Virus record (IMG/VR): IMGVR_UViG_3300027863_000141
Coordinates: 1 to 28,312 of that record
Source of the DNA: a virus
Lineage: Duplodnaviria > Caudoviricetes
DNA length: 28,312 bases
Strand: one strand, 5' to 3'
A model generated the notes under the pieces. The model made no database searches. It was not told where the DNA came from and saw nothing but the letters and a program-made list of their open reading frames with translations. Made by a program: the position numbers and the translations under genes. Positions 15,685-25,303 of the stretch are shown here, piece after piece. Every line of letters begins with the position of its first letter. The first letter of the stretch is position 1.

Positions 15685-16725
15685 TTAGACCTTGCTCTCT
15701 AAAAGAGAAAGGCGGGAATTGATGTCCCCGATGTTGTAAACAATGCTTTGAATGAGGGAATTAACCCTGACGGTGATGTGTTTCTCCAGGCCGGCGACGC
15801 GGACCTGCTTTTCCAGAATCTGGTAGCTGTCGTCGAGATTGATAAGTTTGTTTTTGAGCTGAATCCGTACCACGTCGCCAACCTTGAAATTGTCAGCTAC
15901 CGTAGGTGTTAGTTCGATGCTGGGCGAAAAGAGGGGGCCTTGGCAGAGACTGGACGTAAGGCCGTCAAGCGAAGCCTGGGTGTTGGCTACCCTGAAGTCT
16001 CTAAAGCCCTCCAGGACGCCAAAATTGGCCTTCAGGGACGTGTTTTCCTGGCTGGACGATAAAGTACTCGACTTGCCGTAAGCCTTGGTGATAATCGCGT
16101 CCCCGTCGTCCTCAACCTCAAAGCGCAAGATGTTGGCCTGGCTTACCTGGCCCGAATTGTAGCGGAACACAACCGAACTGGAAAGGTCGCTGCCGACCTG
16201 AGTCTTGAAGTTCAGTTTTCTGGTCGTCGTTACCTCGAACTGCGCGCCTACCGTGTCCGCGATTTTCTTAATGGCATCAAAGGCGCTCTGCCTCTCAAAG
16301 GTGAGGTTGACGGAGTTGATGATGTCTTCCTCGCCGAAGGTGATGCCGGTATCCTCGGTTGCGTTTATCGTGCCAAGCAGCGAGCTTACGGCTAAGCCGG
16401 CGTCGCCCGAAGCGGTATAGCCAGAGCCTACCAGCCTTTTCTTTAGAAGGCCGATGAGTCCTTTGGCTTTAATTTCAACCACGCTGAGCTTGACTGTCTT
16501 TTGAGTAATGAAGCCCACCCACTGCACAACGCCGTCCTCAATGACTTCAAGGCGGTTATAGTGCCGCAAGTTGGCGTCAGTGACTTTGGGGTTTGAAAGG
16601 TCGAGCACGAAACCGCAATCACCAACCTCGCCAAGAGTCTGGCGATATTCAAGGCCGGAGTATTCACCTTCCAGAAACGTGGTCAACGGTGAAAATCCTT
16701 TGTCGTAGATTTTGAGAGTTCTCAT
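15685..16725 (-). CDS. Tail tip/baseplate hub protein (Tal-like)
   Basis: Follows Dit; WVGFI...GLIGLL..R...F.VGD.V.I pattern. Confidence 0.8.
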   Translation of the reverse strand: MRTLKIYDKGFSPLTTFLEGEYSGLEYRQTLGEVGDCGFVLDLSNPKVTDANLRHYNRLEVIEDGVVQWVGFITQKTVKLSVVEIKAKGLIGLLKKRLVGSGYTASGDAGLAVSSLLGTINATEDTGITFGEEDIINSVNLTFERQSAFDAIKKIADTVGAQFEVTTTRKLNFKTQVGSDLSSSVVFRYNSGQVSQANILRFEVEDDGDAIITKAYGKSSTLSSSQENTSLKANFGVLEGFRDFRVANTQASLDGLTSSLCQGPLFSPSIELTPTVADNFKVGDVVRIQLKNKLINLDDSYQILEKQVRVAGLEKHITVRVNSLIQSIVYNIGDINSRLSLLESKV

Positions 16726-17651
16726 ACGATGGCGTCACGGTGGTTAATGCTAAAAGCTGCGGCGGGGAAAGTCCAGGTGTTTACCGGGCTTTGCGCGCCG
16801 GAAGATTCGCTGGACAAGTAGACCAGTTCGTTGCTGCCCACCTGGAGCAGAATGTATTCACTGGCGCCGTCAACAAGTCCGGAAACGTCGGTGCCGGCCT
16901 GGTCTTTCACGATGCCGGTTTTGCTGTTTATCTCCACATATTTGGTGTCGTCGGTAAGGGTGGTGTTTACCTGGAACGTTTTGCCAGTGGTCACGTTCTT
17001 GATGGCCGGGTTGGTGATTCCTCCGGCTTCTCCGTAGAGCCTGATGATGGTGTGGGCCTGAGCGTTGCCGTTGTTCGTGATGGTGATGGGGTTCTTGTAA
17101 ATCAGGTTGAACTTCGCCGGGAGCTTGGAGGCAAGCTTGAGGCTACCCGTCTGCCAGCCGCGCGTTCCGCTGTGGGTCTGCTCGGTCTGCGATTCAATAA
17201 GCGGGTCGGGGCACTTAAGGCTCATGACAAAAGCAAGCCGCTGCTTCTGTTTAATCTGGCGGTCGAACCTGATGGCCCGTTCCAGCTTGGCGTAAATCTG
17301 CCATGCGTCGCCGTTGGCGTCAGTCCATTTCACCAGCACCAGGCCGTCGTTTGCCGTGTCGGGCTGGGCGGGCAAGGCGGTTACCTGGAGCAGTTGCCTT
17401 TTCAGGGTTTCAACGTGGGCCTCGTCTTGGCCGATAATCAGGCCGGAGAATGTCAGCACCCGTTTGCCGTAAAAGGAAGCGAAGTCCCAAATGCCGTGCT
17501 GGCCTTCCTTGTCCATCTCGGAGTTTTTGATATCCACGTCAAAGACCGGATAGTCCTGGAGGGCTATAAGGTTGCTCGGATCCGTCGTGAAGTCGTTGAT
17601 GGTGACGGACTGCCCGGTTCTGGATGTGATTTGGAATTGGTAGCCAATCAT
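16722..17651 (-). CDS. Distal tail protein (Dit)
   Basis: YGKR.LT.SG...L.CPDP...N.GN...NP.I.N...L..G.N. Confidence 0.85.
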   Translation of the reverse strand: MIGYQFQITSRTGQSVTINDFTTDPSNLIALQDYPVFDVDIKNSEMDKEGQHGIWDFASFYGKRVLTFSGLIIGQDEAHVETLKRQLLQVTALPAQPDTANDGLVLVKWTDANGDAWQIYAKLERAIRFDRQIKQKQRLAFVMSLKCPDPLIESQTEQTHSGTRGWQTGSLKLASKLPAKFNLIYKNPITITNNGNAQAHTIIRLYGEAGGITNPAIKNVTTGKTFQVNTTLTDDTKYVEINSKTGIVKDQAGTDVSGLVDGASEYILLQVGSNELVYLSSESSGAQSPVNTWTFPAAAFSINHRDAIV

Positions 17652-18091
17652 ACTTTGTTGAGCTTTTCTTCTAAATAGGCGTTTATCTTTGCTTCAATAG
17701 CCTTGGCGTTCTTGAAGCCCAAGAGCGCGGAGTTTTCAAGGATTGACTTCAATTCCGTTACGGTGACGAAGGCTTCAATGAAGTCATCCAAAAAGCCGGG
17801 GATAAAGTTGACTCTTACGGCCTGCTTTGCGGCAATCAGCAGGAGCAGGTAAAGCAGAACCTTATACAGCGTCCGTGAAAGATGGAGCGAAGAAAGACGC
17901 TTGTATTTGGCCGCCGCGGTGATGCCGAGAACCCAGTCAATGCAAATCAGGTAAGCCAGAACCTCAACGATGAGGCGGTCGTTGTCAAGCGAGTAAGCAA
18001 CGAAGGTGACGATGGCTGATACCAGGGCCTTGGCCCCGGCTGAAGAAAAGATGTAGCGCAGAGCTTCGCTGGTTTTCTCGTAGAACGTCAT
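17648..18091 (-). CDS. Phage holin family protein
   Basis: IDW.LG..AA...LSS...K...E..SILEN...LG; hydrophobic segments. Confidence 0.82.
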   Translation of the reverse strand: MTFYEKTSEALRYIFSSAGAKALVSAIVTFVAYSLDNDRLIVEVLAYLICIDWVLGITAAAKYKRLSSLHLSRTLYKVLLYLLLLIAAKQAVRVNFIPGFLDDFIEAFVTVTELKSILENSALLGFKNAKAIEAKINAYLEEKLNKV

Positions 18092-18092
18092 A

Positions 18093-20369
18093 TCAGATTC
18101 TGCCGAGTTCCCATGCCATCTCACGGCTTATGGCGCGAAAATCCACTTGGCTGTCAACTCTGGCGTTAATGCTTATTGGGGCGTTGATGGTTCGGTTAGA
18201 AATGCTGGAGCCTGTCCGCACACCTTCCAATTGGCTAACCAGCCCGGAGAAGGTATTGACCATCCATGCGGGCATGACCCATTCGCCGGGGTGCACCATT
18301 TCCCCGCCCATGGTAAAGCCGCCCATGGCCTTGCCTTTGCCAGTTCCGGCATTGGCCCTGGCCTGGACGGACTGGAGGGAATTTAAGGCGCTGATGGCCG
18401 AGTTGGCTTCAGTGCCCAGTTTCTGAAGGGTGGCGATTTGGCCGGCGGCAAAAGTGTCCAGCGCGGCCTGGCGCAGGTTCAGGTTGTTTTGATAGAAGGT
18501 GGTGATGTCGGCCTCCACGCTCTTTGCGATTTCCAGCTTCTCGCGGAGCTTGGTAACTTCAGTGACGAATTCCGTAGTGGCAAGGTCAATCCGCTTGAAA
18601 GTTTCTTCCTCCATGCGGCTGAATTCGTCCAAGGCGGCAAGCCGGCGTTCTTCCGTTATTTGCTTATCCAGACCGCCCAATTTCTGCACCTGCTCAAGGG
18701 CGGTCTTCCTGGCTTCAATTTCCGTTTCAAGCGTCGCCTTCTTGACGGGGTCGGTTTCCTGTGCCTGCTTGGTGGCAAGCTCGTCAATGGCTTTTTGCCG
18801 GTCTGCAATCTGCGCCCTTAGGCGCGTCTCATAACCAGCGGAGGCGGTGAGGATGGCCTGCTTCTGGTTGATTTCATCCTGCAAGCTCTTAATACGGTCG
18901 GCGCTTTGCTTATCAGCTTCTTTGGCCTGCTCTTCGGCAAGTTGGGTGCGCAAGTCTTTCAGGTCGGTTTCGGACTTGACCACCAGTTGCGCAAGGTTGG
19001 TTTGGGATTCCTTTACGATGTCGCCAATGCTGTTCTTGAAATCGCTGAAGGCCGTCGTGAGCTTGTCTTTGATAGAAGCAGCCAGTTCGGTAATTTTGTC
19101 CTTGGCGTCGATGACGCTTTTTTGCATATCCTCCAAGTCCTTGGCGTGCTTTTGCGCGGCCTCCGCTGCGTCTACCTGGGCCTGGGTAAGTTCTTTAACT
19201 CCCAGCTTTGTTTTGGCAACTTTGGCATCCGCATCTTCCATACGCTTCAAGGCGTCGTTGATGCCGTCGCCCGTAATCGCTTTACTGAAGCTGTCCTTGG
19301 CGGATTTCAGGGTGTCGGCGATGTCGTTGGCAATCTGGCCTTGTTCGAGGACGTACTTGTCACTGTTTTTGCTGAGTTCCTTTATGCGTGCGTCCATCTC
19401 GGCCACTCGTTTGCTGTCGCCGGTGGTCTCGGCCATTGATTTTGCAACCTCGGCAGCATGGAGTTGTATGGCGTTTTTGGAACGTAGGAGCAAAGAGGGA
19501 ATAAGCTGGATTTCCTTGGCGGCAACTACGGCCATGGCACCGACTGCCATGATTGCATTAGCCAAGCGATAAGCCAGTGCGGAAGCTTCGTCCATCAGTT
19601 TTTGGTTGTCCAACATTTCTCCGGAGGCATTGCCCACCTTTTGGGTAAGGTCAGAGAAGGCCGCAATCACGCCTTTGCCCATGGCGGATTTCAGTTCCTG
19701 TTGGACAAGGCTCATTTTCTGAAACTGTCCTTCCGTAGTGTTGGCAAGGTCTTCGGCACTGATAGTCACGCGCTTCGTGATGGCGTCCAATTGTTCGGTG
19801 ATGGTAGCGTTCGATTTCAGGGCTACGCCATACTTCACCAGAGCACGCGCCCCTTTTCCGGAAAGTATTCTCTCCAGGTCATCGGAAGTTTCCGCAAACG
19901 TGCCAAAGCCGCTGGCAGCAAGGTCAGCGGCAAGCTTTGCGGTTTCAAATGATTTCTTCAGGTCGCCCCCTAAGCGTTGGGAAAAGCGGGCAACCTGAAG
20001 CTCGGCGGTCTCGTCGTCAATGCCGAACTGGAGCATCTTCCTGCCGAAAGCAGTCACCTGTTCACCCACATCCTTCCATGCCTTGCCCTGGGATTCCAGA
20101 ATGGCGCGGGTCTCGTTTAGCTTCACCATGTCCTGCCGGGCTTCGTCCACGCCGGATTTCAGCACGTCAAAAGTCTTGAGCGCGGCGTTCTTGAGGATAT
20201 CCCAAGCGGCCACTCCTTTGAACATGGAAGCGGCCTGGCTGTCCGACATTGCCTTTATCTTCGTGCCGAGGCTTTGGACGGAGTTTTCAGTTTCTTTGAG
20301 CTTGGCGCCAAAACTGCCGGTGTCAGCCTTGATTTCGTATACAAGCTCGCCAATGGACTGCTTGGGCAT
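18093..20369 (-). CDS. Tail tape measure protein
   Basis: 758 aa Ala/Lys-rich helical protein, IGEL...I.ADT start, AMGG...VHPGEWV.P end; follows the frameshifted chaperones. Confidence 0.92.
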   Translation of the reverse strand: MPKQSIGELVYEIKADTGSFGAKLKETENSVQSLGTKIKAMSDSQAASMFKGVAAWDILKNAALKTFDVLKSGVDEARQDMVKLNETRAILESQGKAWKDVGEQVTAFGRKMLQFGIDDETAELQVARFSQRLGGDLKKSFETAKLAADLAASGFGTFAETSDDLERILSGKGARALVKYGVALKSNATITEQLDAITKRVTISAEDLANTTEGQFQKMSLVQQELKSAMGKGVIAAFSDLTQKVGNASGEMLDNQKLMDEASALAYRLANAIMAVGAMAVVAAKEIQLIPSLLLRSKNAIQLHAAEVAKSMAETTGDSKRVAEMDARIKELSKNSDKYVLEQGQIANDIADTLKSAKDSFSKAITGDGINDALKRMEDADAKVAKTKLGVKELTQAQVDAAEAAQKHAKDLEDMQKSVIDAKDKITELAASIKDKLTTAFSDFKNSIGDIVKESQTNLAQLVVKSETDLKDLRTQLAEEQAKEADKQSADRIKSLQDEINQKQAILTASAGYETRLRAQIADRQKAIDELATKQAQETDPVKKATLETEIEARKTALEQVQKLGGLDKQITEERRLAALDEFSRMEEETFKRIDLATTEFVTEVTKLREKLEIAKSVEADITTFYQNNLNLRQAALDTFAAGQIATLQKLGTEANSAISALNSLQSVQARANAGTGKGKAMGGFTMGGEMVHPGEWVMPAWMVNTFSGLVSQLEGVRTGSSISNRTINAPISINARVDSQVDFRAISREMAWELGRI

Positions 20370-20604
20370 TACGTGCGGGGTTTAAGTGTTTTGATTTGGC
20401 TCCGTAGTTGGTCCAGAGGCGAATCCGCCGTTTCGGCGGATGTTCCAGGCTTGAGCACGCCTTCCTTTTCCAAAAGGGAAATAAGCTGCTCGAAGTAGGA
20501 AATCACCTCGTCTATGTAAAGCTGGCGGATCTCGGAAAGAGCGAAGCCGTAGCGGACCATGAATACTACGGTTGCCCTAAGCGCCTTCAGCTTTTCGGTT
20601 GCTG
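20369..20604 (-). CDS. Tail assembly chaperone, -1 frameshift extension (GT)
   Basis: -1 frame after the A9 run reads TATEKLKALRATVVF-MVRYGF... in frame with ORF 20369..20560. Confidence 0.85.
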
Positions 20605-20955
20605 TTTTTTTTTATCTTCTGCCTCGCCTTCCGCATCCTTCTTGGCAATCGCGGTGGTATGTTCTGCAATAAAATTGATGATACGGACAGCATCCAACCA
20701 GGTAAACATCGCCTTGACCTGTTCCAATGTTATTTCTGGCTGGTAGCGGGAAAGCAAAATGTGGATTTGGGCAAATACAAGACTGCGCCTGGCCCTAATG
20801 TCTTTGCTGTCTTCCAGCTTCGCCTCAAGCTCCAAAATGCGTTCAACTTCTTCCTCGGTGTAGTCGGTGGGAAGTTTGAATTGTTTTTTCTCACCGCGTA
20901 CATCAAGCTCCACGATGTGGGGCTCGCGTCCGGTGTATAGGTCAAGTTTGGCCAT
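20587..20955 (-). CDS. Tail assembly chaperone (G)
   Basis: Between tail tube and tape measure genes; ends DKKKQQPKS. Confidence 0.85.
   Translation of the reverse strand: MAKLDLYTGREPHIVELDVRGEKKQFKLPTDYTEEEVERILELEAKLEDSKDIRARRSLVFAQIHILLSRYQPEITLEQVKAMFTWLDAVRIINFIAEHTTAIAKKDAEGEAEDKKKQQPKS
20605..20613 (-). other. Programmed -1 frameshift slippery site (A9)
   Basis: GAT AAA AAA AAA CAG on the coding strand. Confidence 0.85.
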
Positions 20956-20976
20956 AAGTGATATCTGGCTTAGTTA

Positions 20977-21711
20977 TCAGGAAATTTGCTGTTCATCAGT
21001 AACAGAGACGAAGTAACCCTCCAAGGTGATAGGCAGGGTAGCCACATCGGCAGCCTTGTCCGAAGCGAAGTCGATTGCCGGCGCGTTGATGTTCGTGCAG
21101 TCCTTGATATCAACCTGGAACACCTTGCCGTTGGCATCGGTGTTGATGACGCGCAAGGCTTTCAATGTCTTGGTGCCGGAGTTGTTGAAGGTCAGTTTCT
21201 TGGAAGCGTTCGGAGTGTAAGTATAGCCTGCGTTAGCGGTAAAGCTGCCGGTTCCTATTTTTGTCAGACAGGTGTAGCCATTTTGGTCAACGAACACTTC
21301 GTAATCTGTGCCTTCGACTTTACCGGTAACGGTGAGGGAAGCAACCCTGGTACCGTCGCCGTTCTTGTTGGCAAGGCGGGTGATGGTGTCAGCGGCGACT
21401 GTGACGGATTCGGCGGAAACTACCACCGGCGTGCCGGCGACGTTCTGCAACGTAACCAAACCGCCGTCAAACTTGGACAGGTTTGTCAGGTTGATTTCAG
21501 TAAGGACAAAAGAGAACTCCACCTTATCGCCGTCCGAGAATTGCTTGATTTCAGGAGCGTTGTCAAAGGTGATGGTTTGGGTTTCCGCTTTGGAAGTAAG
21601 CTTGGGCGTGCGGATAGCGCCGATATCAACAAGGGTGGCGAAATCGTCGCCGATTTGAACTTTTACCGAACCCTTTCGGATGGCTTCGGGTTTTTGGACT
21701 GTGGTTTGCAT
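20977..21711 (-). CDS. Major tail (tube) protein
   Basis: Position; QTTVQ...IR.GS...DIGA...F.L.EI...Y.YTP pattern. Confidence 0.85.
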   Translation of the reverse strand: MQTTVQKPEAIRKGSVKVQIGDDFATLVDIGAIRTPKLTSKAETQTITFDNAPEIKQFSDGDKVEFSFVLTEINLTNLSKFDGGLVTLQNVAGTPVVVSAESVTVAADTITRLANKNGDGTRVASLTVTGKVEGTDYEVFVDQNGYTCLTKIGTGSFTANAGYTYTPNASKKLTFNNSGTKTLKALRVINTDANGKVFQVDIKDCTNINAPAIDFASDKAADVATLPITLEGYFVSVTDEQQIS

Positions 21712-21716
21712 AGTTG

Positions 21717-21929
21717 TTAGTTAAGGATTGTGAAGCTGGGATTTTGTTCCTCGGCAACCCTCTTAGCATAGTCGGAATCGACCCAGATCCGGCTCTTGGC
21801 TGCTATGAAGGTGCCGTCCGGAAGAAAGGTGTTGCGGACGCATAAAAGCTCCACTTGCCTTTCTTTCCCGGCTTCGGAGTTAATTGTTTGAACTTTTTCA
21901 ATAGTATTGGGTTTGACATTCTTGGCCAT
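21717..21929 (-). CDS. Small hypothetical protein
   Basis: Fills the gap between terminator and tube genes. Confidence 0.7.
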   Translation of the reverse strand: MAKNVKPNTIEKVQTINSEAGKERQVELLCVRNTFLPDGTFIAAKSRIWVDSDYAKRVAEEQNPSFTILN

Positions 21930-21932
21930 AGG

Positions 21933-22325
21933 CTAGTAGTTAATGGTGACTTCGACGGCGAAGTACCAAAGCTTGGCATCGCTGTCATAAAGGGCTTGCC
22001 TGCCCTCAAAAGCGGAATAGGTGATGGGGTACAGGCCTCCAAGCTTGGAGGCAGACAAGTCGTTGAGGCAGTCGTCCACATCGTTGGCAAGGTCGCGCGC
22101 TTTCTCAAAGGTGTCGCCGAAGCAATTGAGCTGGAAAAGAGATTGTCTCGCGGTGGGATAAGTGAGACTCTGGCTAATTTCTGTATACGTTATTGCATAG
22201 CCACTTGTCAAAGAAAAGCCATCGGGAAGACGTAATGGGTAGATATGGTATGCACCCCCGTTTATGGTTTTTGCTGCTATTCCCGCGTGTGCTTTCAGCG
22301 CGGCGTATAGTCCTTCTTCAATCAT
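21933..22325 (-). CDS. Tail terminator/completion protein (DUF3168/gp17-like)
   Basis: MIEE.LY..L...IYP..LP...ITY..IS...FQ..C...A..LA..V...L. Confidence 0.85.
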   Translation of the reverse strand: MIEEGLYAALKAHAGIAAKTINGGAYHIYPLRLPDGFSLTSGYAITYTEISQSLTYPTARQSLFQLNCFGDTFEKARDLANDVDDCLNDLSASKLGGLYPITYSAFEGRQALYDSDAKLWYFAVEVTINY

Positions 22326-22654
22326 GCGAGTTTGCTTAGTTTGTCTTTGATGAATTCCAATCCTTTTTCCTTCATCGTTTCGGCGGCTTTGCGAATCATT
22401 GCCCTGGGCTCCATGCGGGATGTTCCGAACTCCACGAAGGGCGCGTATTCCACGTTGTTGGCAAGTTCGGCCTTCAGGAAGCCTACCCTGCGGCCTGTCA
22501 TTGCGTTCCTGAGCCGGCCCGTTATCACCGGAGTGTTCCTTTTGGCTTCGGTCTCAAACATCAGGGCAAGGGCCGGCATCAATTCATCAACCGCCTGGGC
22601 GGTCTTCCGCTCGGCGTTAATTTTTTGCACGAATTTGACGGTGCTGCTGAACAT
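22322..22654 (-). CDS. HK97 gp10-family protein
   Basis: AK..TPV.TG.LR...NVEYA.FVEFGT.RM. Confidence 0.9.
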   Translation of the reverse strand: MFSSTVKFVQKINAERKTAQAVDELMPALALMFETEAKRNTPVITGRLRNAMTGRRVGFLKAELANNVEYAPFVEFGTSRMEPRAMIRKAAETMKEKGLEFIKDKLSKLA

Positions 22655-22981
22655 CTATTTGAAAGAAACTTTATTGGCGCCAACTTCAATGTGGTGGCCA
22701 GAGCTATCGGGGTAGGCAATCACCACGTCGTAGGTTTCGCCGTTAAGGACAATGCGGTCGGCTTCGGTGATATCGGTGCCCGTGAGGAAGTAGAATTTAA
22801 AATCGGCAACGGTGTAGTGGCCCAAGGTTCCAAACACCTGCGGGTTCTTCTGGGCAACCATCCGGGTCTTTACGTTGGTCGCCTTGTCCACCCATGCGCT
22901 CGAAACTTGCCCGGTCGCCGTTTGGCTGTCGGTTTTGGACTGTATGGAGCAAAGCTGGTTCAGTAGATTCTCAAATGACAT
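22655..22981 (-). CDS. Head closure/stopper protein (SPP1 gp16-like)
   Basis: DI...DRI...GETY.V...HHIEV; position. Confidence 0.82.
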   Translation of the reverse strand: MSFENLLNQLCSIQSKTDSQTATGQVSSAWVDKATNVKTRMVAQKNPQVFGTLGHYTVADFKFYFLTGTDITEADRIVLNGETYDVVIAYPDSSGHHIEVGANKVSFK

Positions 22982-22986
22982 GGCCG

Positions 22987-23628
22987 TTAGAGGGTTATAA
23001 TTCCAACGCTGGGCCGGCCGTCGTCCTTGATGAAGGGTTTTAGTAGGTCTTCAATTCCGAGGGCGTGGGCAATGTCTTGTACCTTGACGTAGCTGGCCTG
23101 GTAGTCGCCAAGCGTTTCGCTGGTCAGCTCTTTGATATCTTTGTCTCCGACCGATTCCTTGATGATTCCGCCCACAAGCTTCGTAGCCGCAAGCTCAATA
23201 ACGGCTGGCACGGCGGCACCATAGCCGAATTTCGCCGTCACTTCCACGTTCTGCTGGCCATCGGTAAATTGGTAAAAACTTTGCGTAATCACCTGGCGGG
23301 AGTTGCGGGCCAATCCGGTCTTTAATTCAATGGCAGTCTTTGGCAGCCTGTTCGCGGGGTACGTAAAATAGTCGTTGGCTGAAATCTCAACCCCGTCAAC
23401 GACCAGCTTTTGGATTTCAATAAAGTCGTCAACGGTCAGGCGTTCGTTTCCGTTACCGTCAAATGTTCTGGTCTCAAAGTTGGTCGGCGGGGTGAAGAAC
23501 CTGCCGGTGAACTTTTCAATGTAATCGGAAACCGCTTCTATCCACGCCGTCACGGAAGCGTCGAGGGCGGCGTTTATGGTGATGGCAAGATAGTCTTCAA
23601 CTTTTGCCTTGGTGGTAAATTGTGGCAT
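22987..23628 (-). CDS. Head-tail adaptor (gp15/gp6-like)
   Basis: I.A.S..IE..TGR.F...FDG.G...G.QNV.V....GY...VP..I..A...SE.LGDY. Confidence 0.85.
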   Translation of the reverse strand: MPQFTTKAKVEDYLAITINAALDASVTAWIEAVSDYIEKFTGRFFTPPTNFETRTFDGNGNERLTVDDFIEIQKLVVDGVEISANDYFTYPANRLPKTAIELKTGLARNSRQVITQSFYQFTDGQQNVEVTAKFGYGAAVPAVIELAATKLVGGIIKESVGDKDIKELTSETLGDYQASYVKVQDIAHALGIEDLLKPFIKDDGRPSVGIITL

Positions 23629-23640
23629 TGCTTTTGGGGG

Positions 23641-25281
23641 TTAAGATTTGGGCGTATACAGGTCTTTGGGAGTAGACCTGGATGTGTGGGTGAACTTCTT
23701 GGCTGGAGTATACAGGTCTCTGGCGGTGTAGGAAAGTATCCGGCTCAGGGCCGTGATGAATTCCTGCGCTGTGGCAAGGTCTGAAACCGCAAGGCGGGCA
23801 AGTATGGACAGGGCATCGGTCGCACTTCCCGTTTCCCTGACCAGCAGGGCTGTGAGGATGGCAAGCGTTTCTGTGGCGTGGCCGGTGTCCGTGGCCGCGA
23901 TTCTGCGGATGATATTTAGAACGTCGGCTCCGGCCCCGGCGTCGCCTTGTTGGATTTTCGCTACGACGCGGGCGATGTCTGCGCTAAAACCTGAATCGGA
24001 GAGTAGCAGTCTGGTTAACACGTTCATTGCCTCGCTGCCAACTGCGGTATCCGTAAGGGAGAGTCGGAACAGCAAGAGCAGGGCGTCCACTCCGGCCCCG
24101 TTGTCTGACACGCTCTTTTGCAGGAAGCTGGCGGTTGAAGAAACGGCCTCTGTGCCGCTTCCTGTTTCGTGGACGGCTGTCTTGGCCTTGACGCCCAGAA
24201 TCTCGCTTCCTAAGCCCGTTTCTGAAGCGTAAACGCGGCTTAAAAGGGCTATGAGGTCGGCTGCAAGGCCGGAATCCGAGTTCAGAACGCTTACCAGGGC
24301 GGAAACCTGGTCTGCGCCGCTCCCGGCGTCTGAAAGTGTCAACCGGGTGAGCAGGGCAAGCGCTTCGGCTCCCTGGCCTGTCTCATGGACAGCCAAGCGG
24401 ATAAGGGCTGAAATAAACTCCGCTCCGGCTCCCGCGTCGTGCTGCATGATTCTGGCAAGGGCGTTTACGGAATCGGTAGCAAGCCCGCTGTCCGAACGGC
24501 TGATGCGGAAGAAAAGGGAAACCAAGTCTGCGCCGGCGCCTGTTTCGTGGAGTGCAAGGCGAATAAGGGCTGTCAGCGCTTCGGTGGCTGTCCCTGTGTC
24601 ATGCTGGGCCACTTTTGCAAGCGCGCTGATGGTCTCCGCTGCCGTCCCGCTGTCGCTCCGGGTAATCTTGGCAAATACGCTTACCACGTCGGTAACAACG
24701 CCGCTGTCTGACTGGGCGAGCCTGATGAGCATGGCCACGGCGTCGGCTGCGGAGCCGGTATCATGCAAAGCCATCCTGGTGAGGATGGAAACAAGCTCGC
24801 TACCTGTCGCTGCATCGCTTCGCGCCACGCGAATGAGCACACTTTGTAATTCTGCCCCGTGGCCGGTGTCCAACAGGGCCATCCGAGCAAGAGTCGTGAG
24901 CGTTTCGCTTGCGTGCCCCGTGTCGGAAAGGGCGGCGCGGATGAGCATGGAGAGCAAGTCATTGCCGCTTCCAGCCTCATGCAAAGGAATTCTGGCTAAA
25001 GAAGAAAGAAGCTCGGCTGCTGAGCCTGCGTCTGACGGGGTGATTTTGTGAAGAACGGCGGAGATGTCTGCTCCTGTGGTGGTGTCAAAAATTCCAATAT
25101 GTGAAAGCAAAGCGATGAGTTCAGCCCCCACGCCTGAGTCGGTACGGTTTATCTTTGCCACCACGCCAGCCAGAGAGTCGGAGCCAGAGCCGGTGTCTGA
25201 GATAGTGACGGGGGTATTGCCTCCGGCAACGGTTCCAAGAAACCCTATTAACTTGATGGTTAAACCTGATGGTGGTGGCAT
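23641..25281 (-). CDS. Repeat protein with 27 tandem ~18-aa units; putative fibre scaffold
   Basis: Consensus [S/H/T][D/E]xGx[G/A]x[D/E]x4LxRx3; duplicated DLYTP at the C-terminus. Confidence 0.85.
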   Translation of the reverse strand: MPPPSGLTIKLIGFLGTVAGGNTPVTISDTGSGSDSLAGVVAKINRTDSGVGAELIALLSHIGIFDTTTGADISAVLHKITPSDAGSAAELLSSLARIPLHEAGSGNDLLSMLIRAALSDTGHASETLTTLARMALLDTGHGAELQSVLIRVARSDAATGSELVSILTRMALHDTGSAADAVAMLIRLAQSDSGVVTDVVSVFAKITRSDSGTAAETISALAKVAQHDTGTATEALTALIRLALHETGAGADLVSLFFRISRSDSGLATDSVNALARIMQHDAGAGAEFISALIRLAVHETGQGAEALALLTRLTLSDAGSGADQVSALVSVLNSDSGLAADLIALLSRVYASETGLGSEILGVKAKTAVHETGSGTEAVSSTASFLQKSVSDNGAGVDALLLLFRLSLTDTAVGSEAMNVLTRLLLSDSGFSADIARVVAKIQQGDAGAGADVLNIIRRIAATDTGHATETLAILTALLVRETGSATDALSILARLAVSDLATAQEFITALSRILSYTARDLYTPAKKFTHTSRSTPKDLYTPKS

Positions 25282-25303
25282 TACGTGTTTGCGTGTTACA
25301 AGT

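Noticed and set aside
23641-25281. CRISPR-like array
   Set aside because: 54-bp periodicity is conserved only at protein level; no identical DNA repeats with spacers
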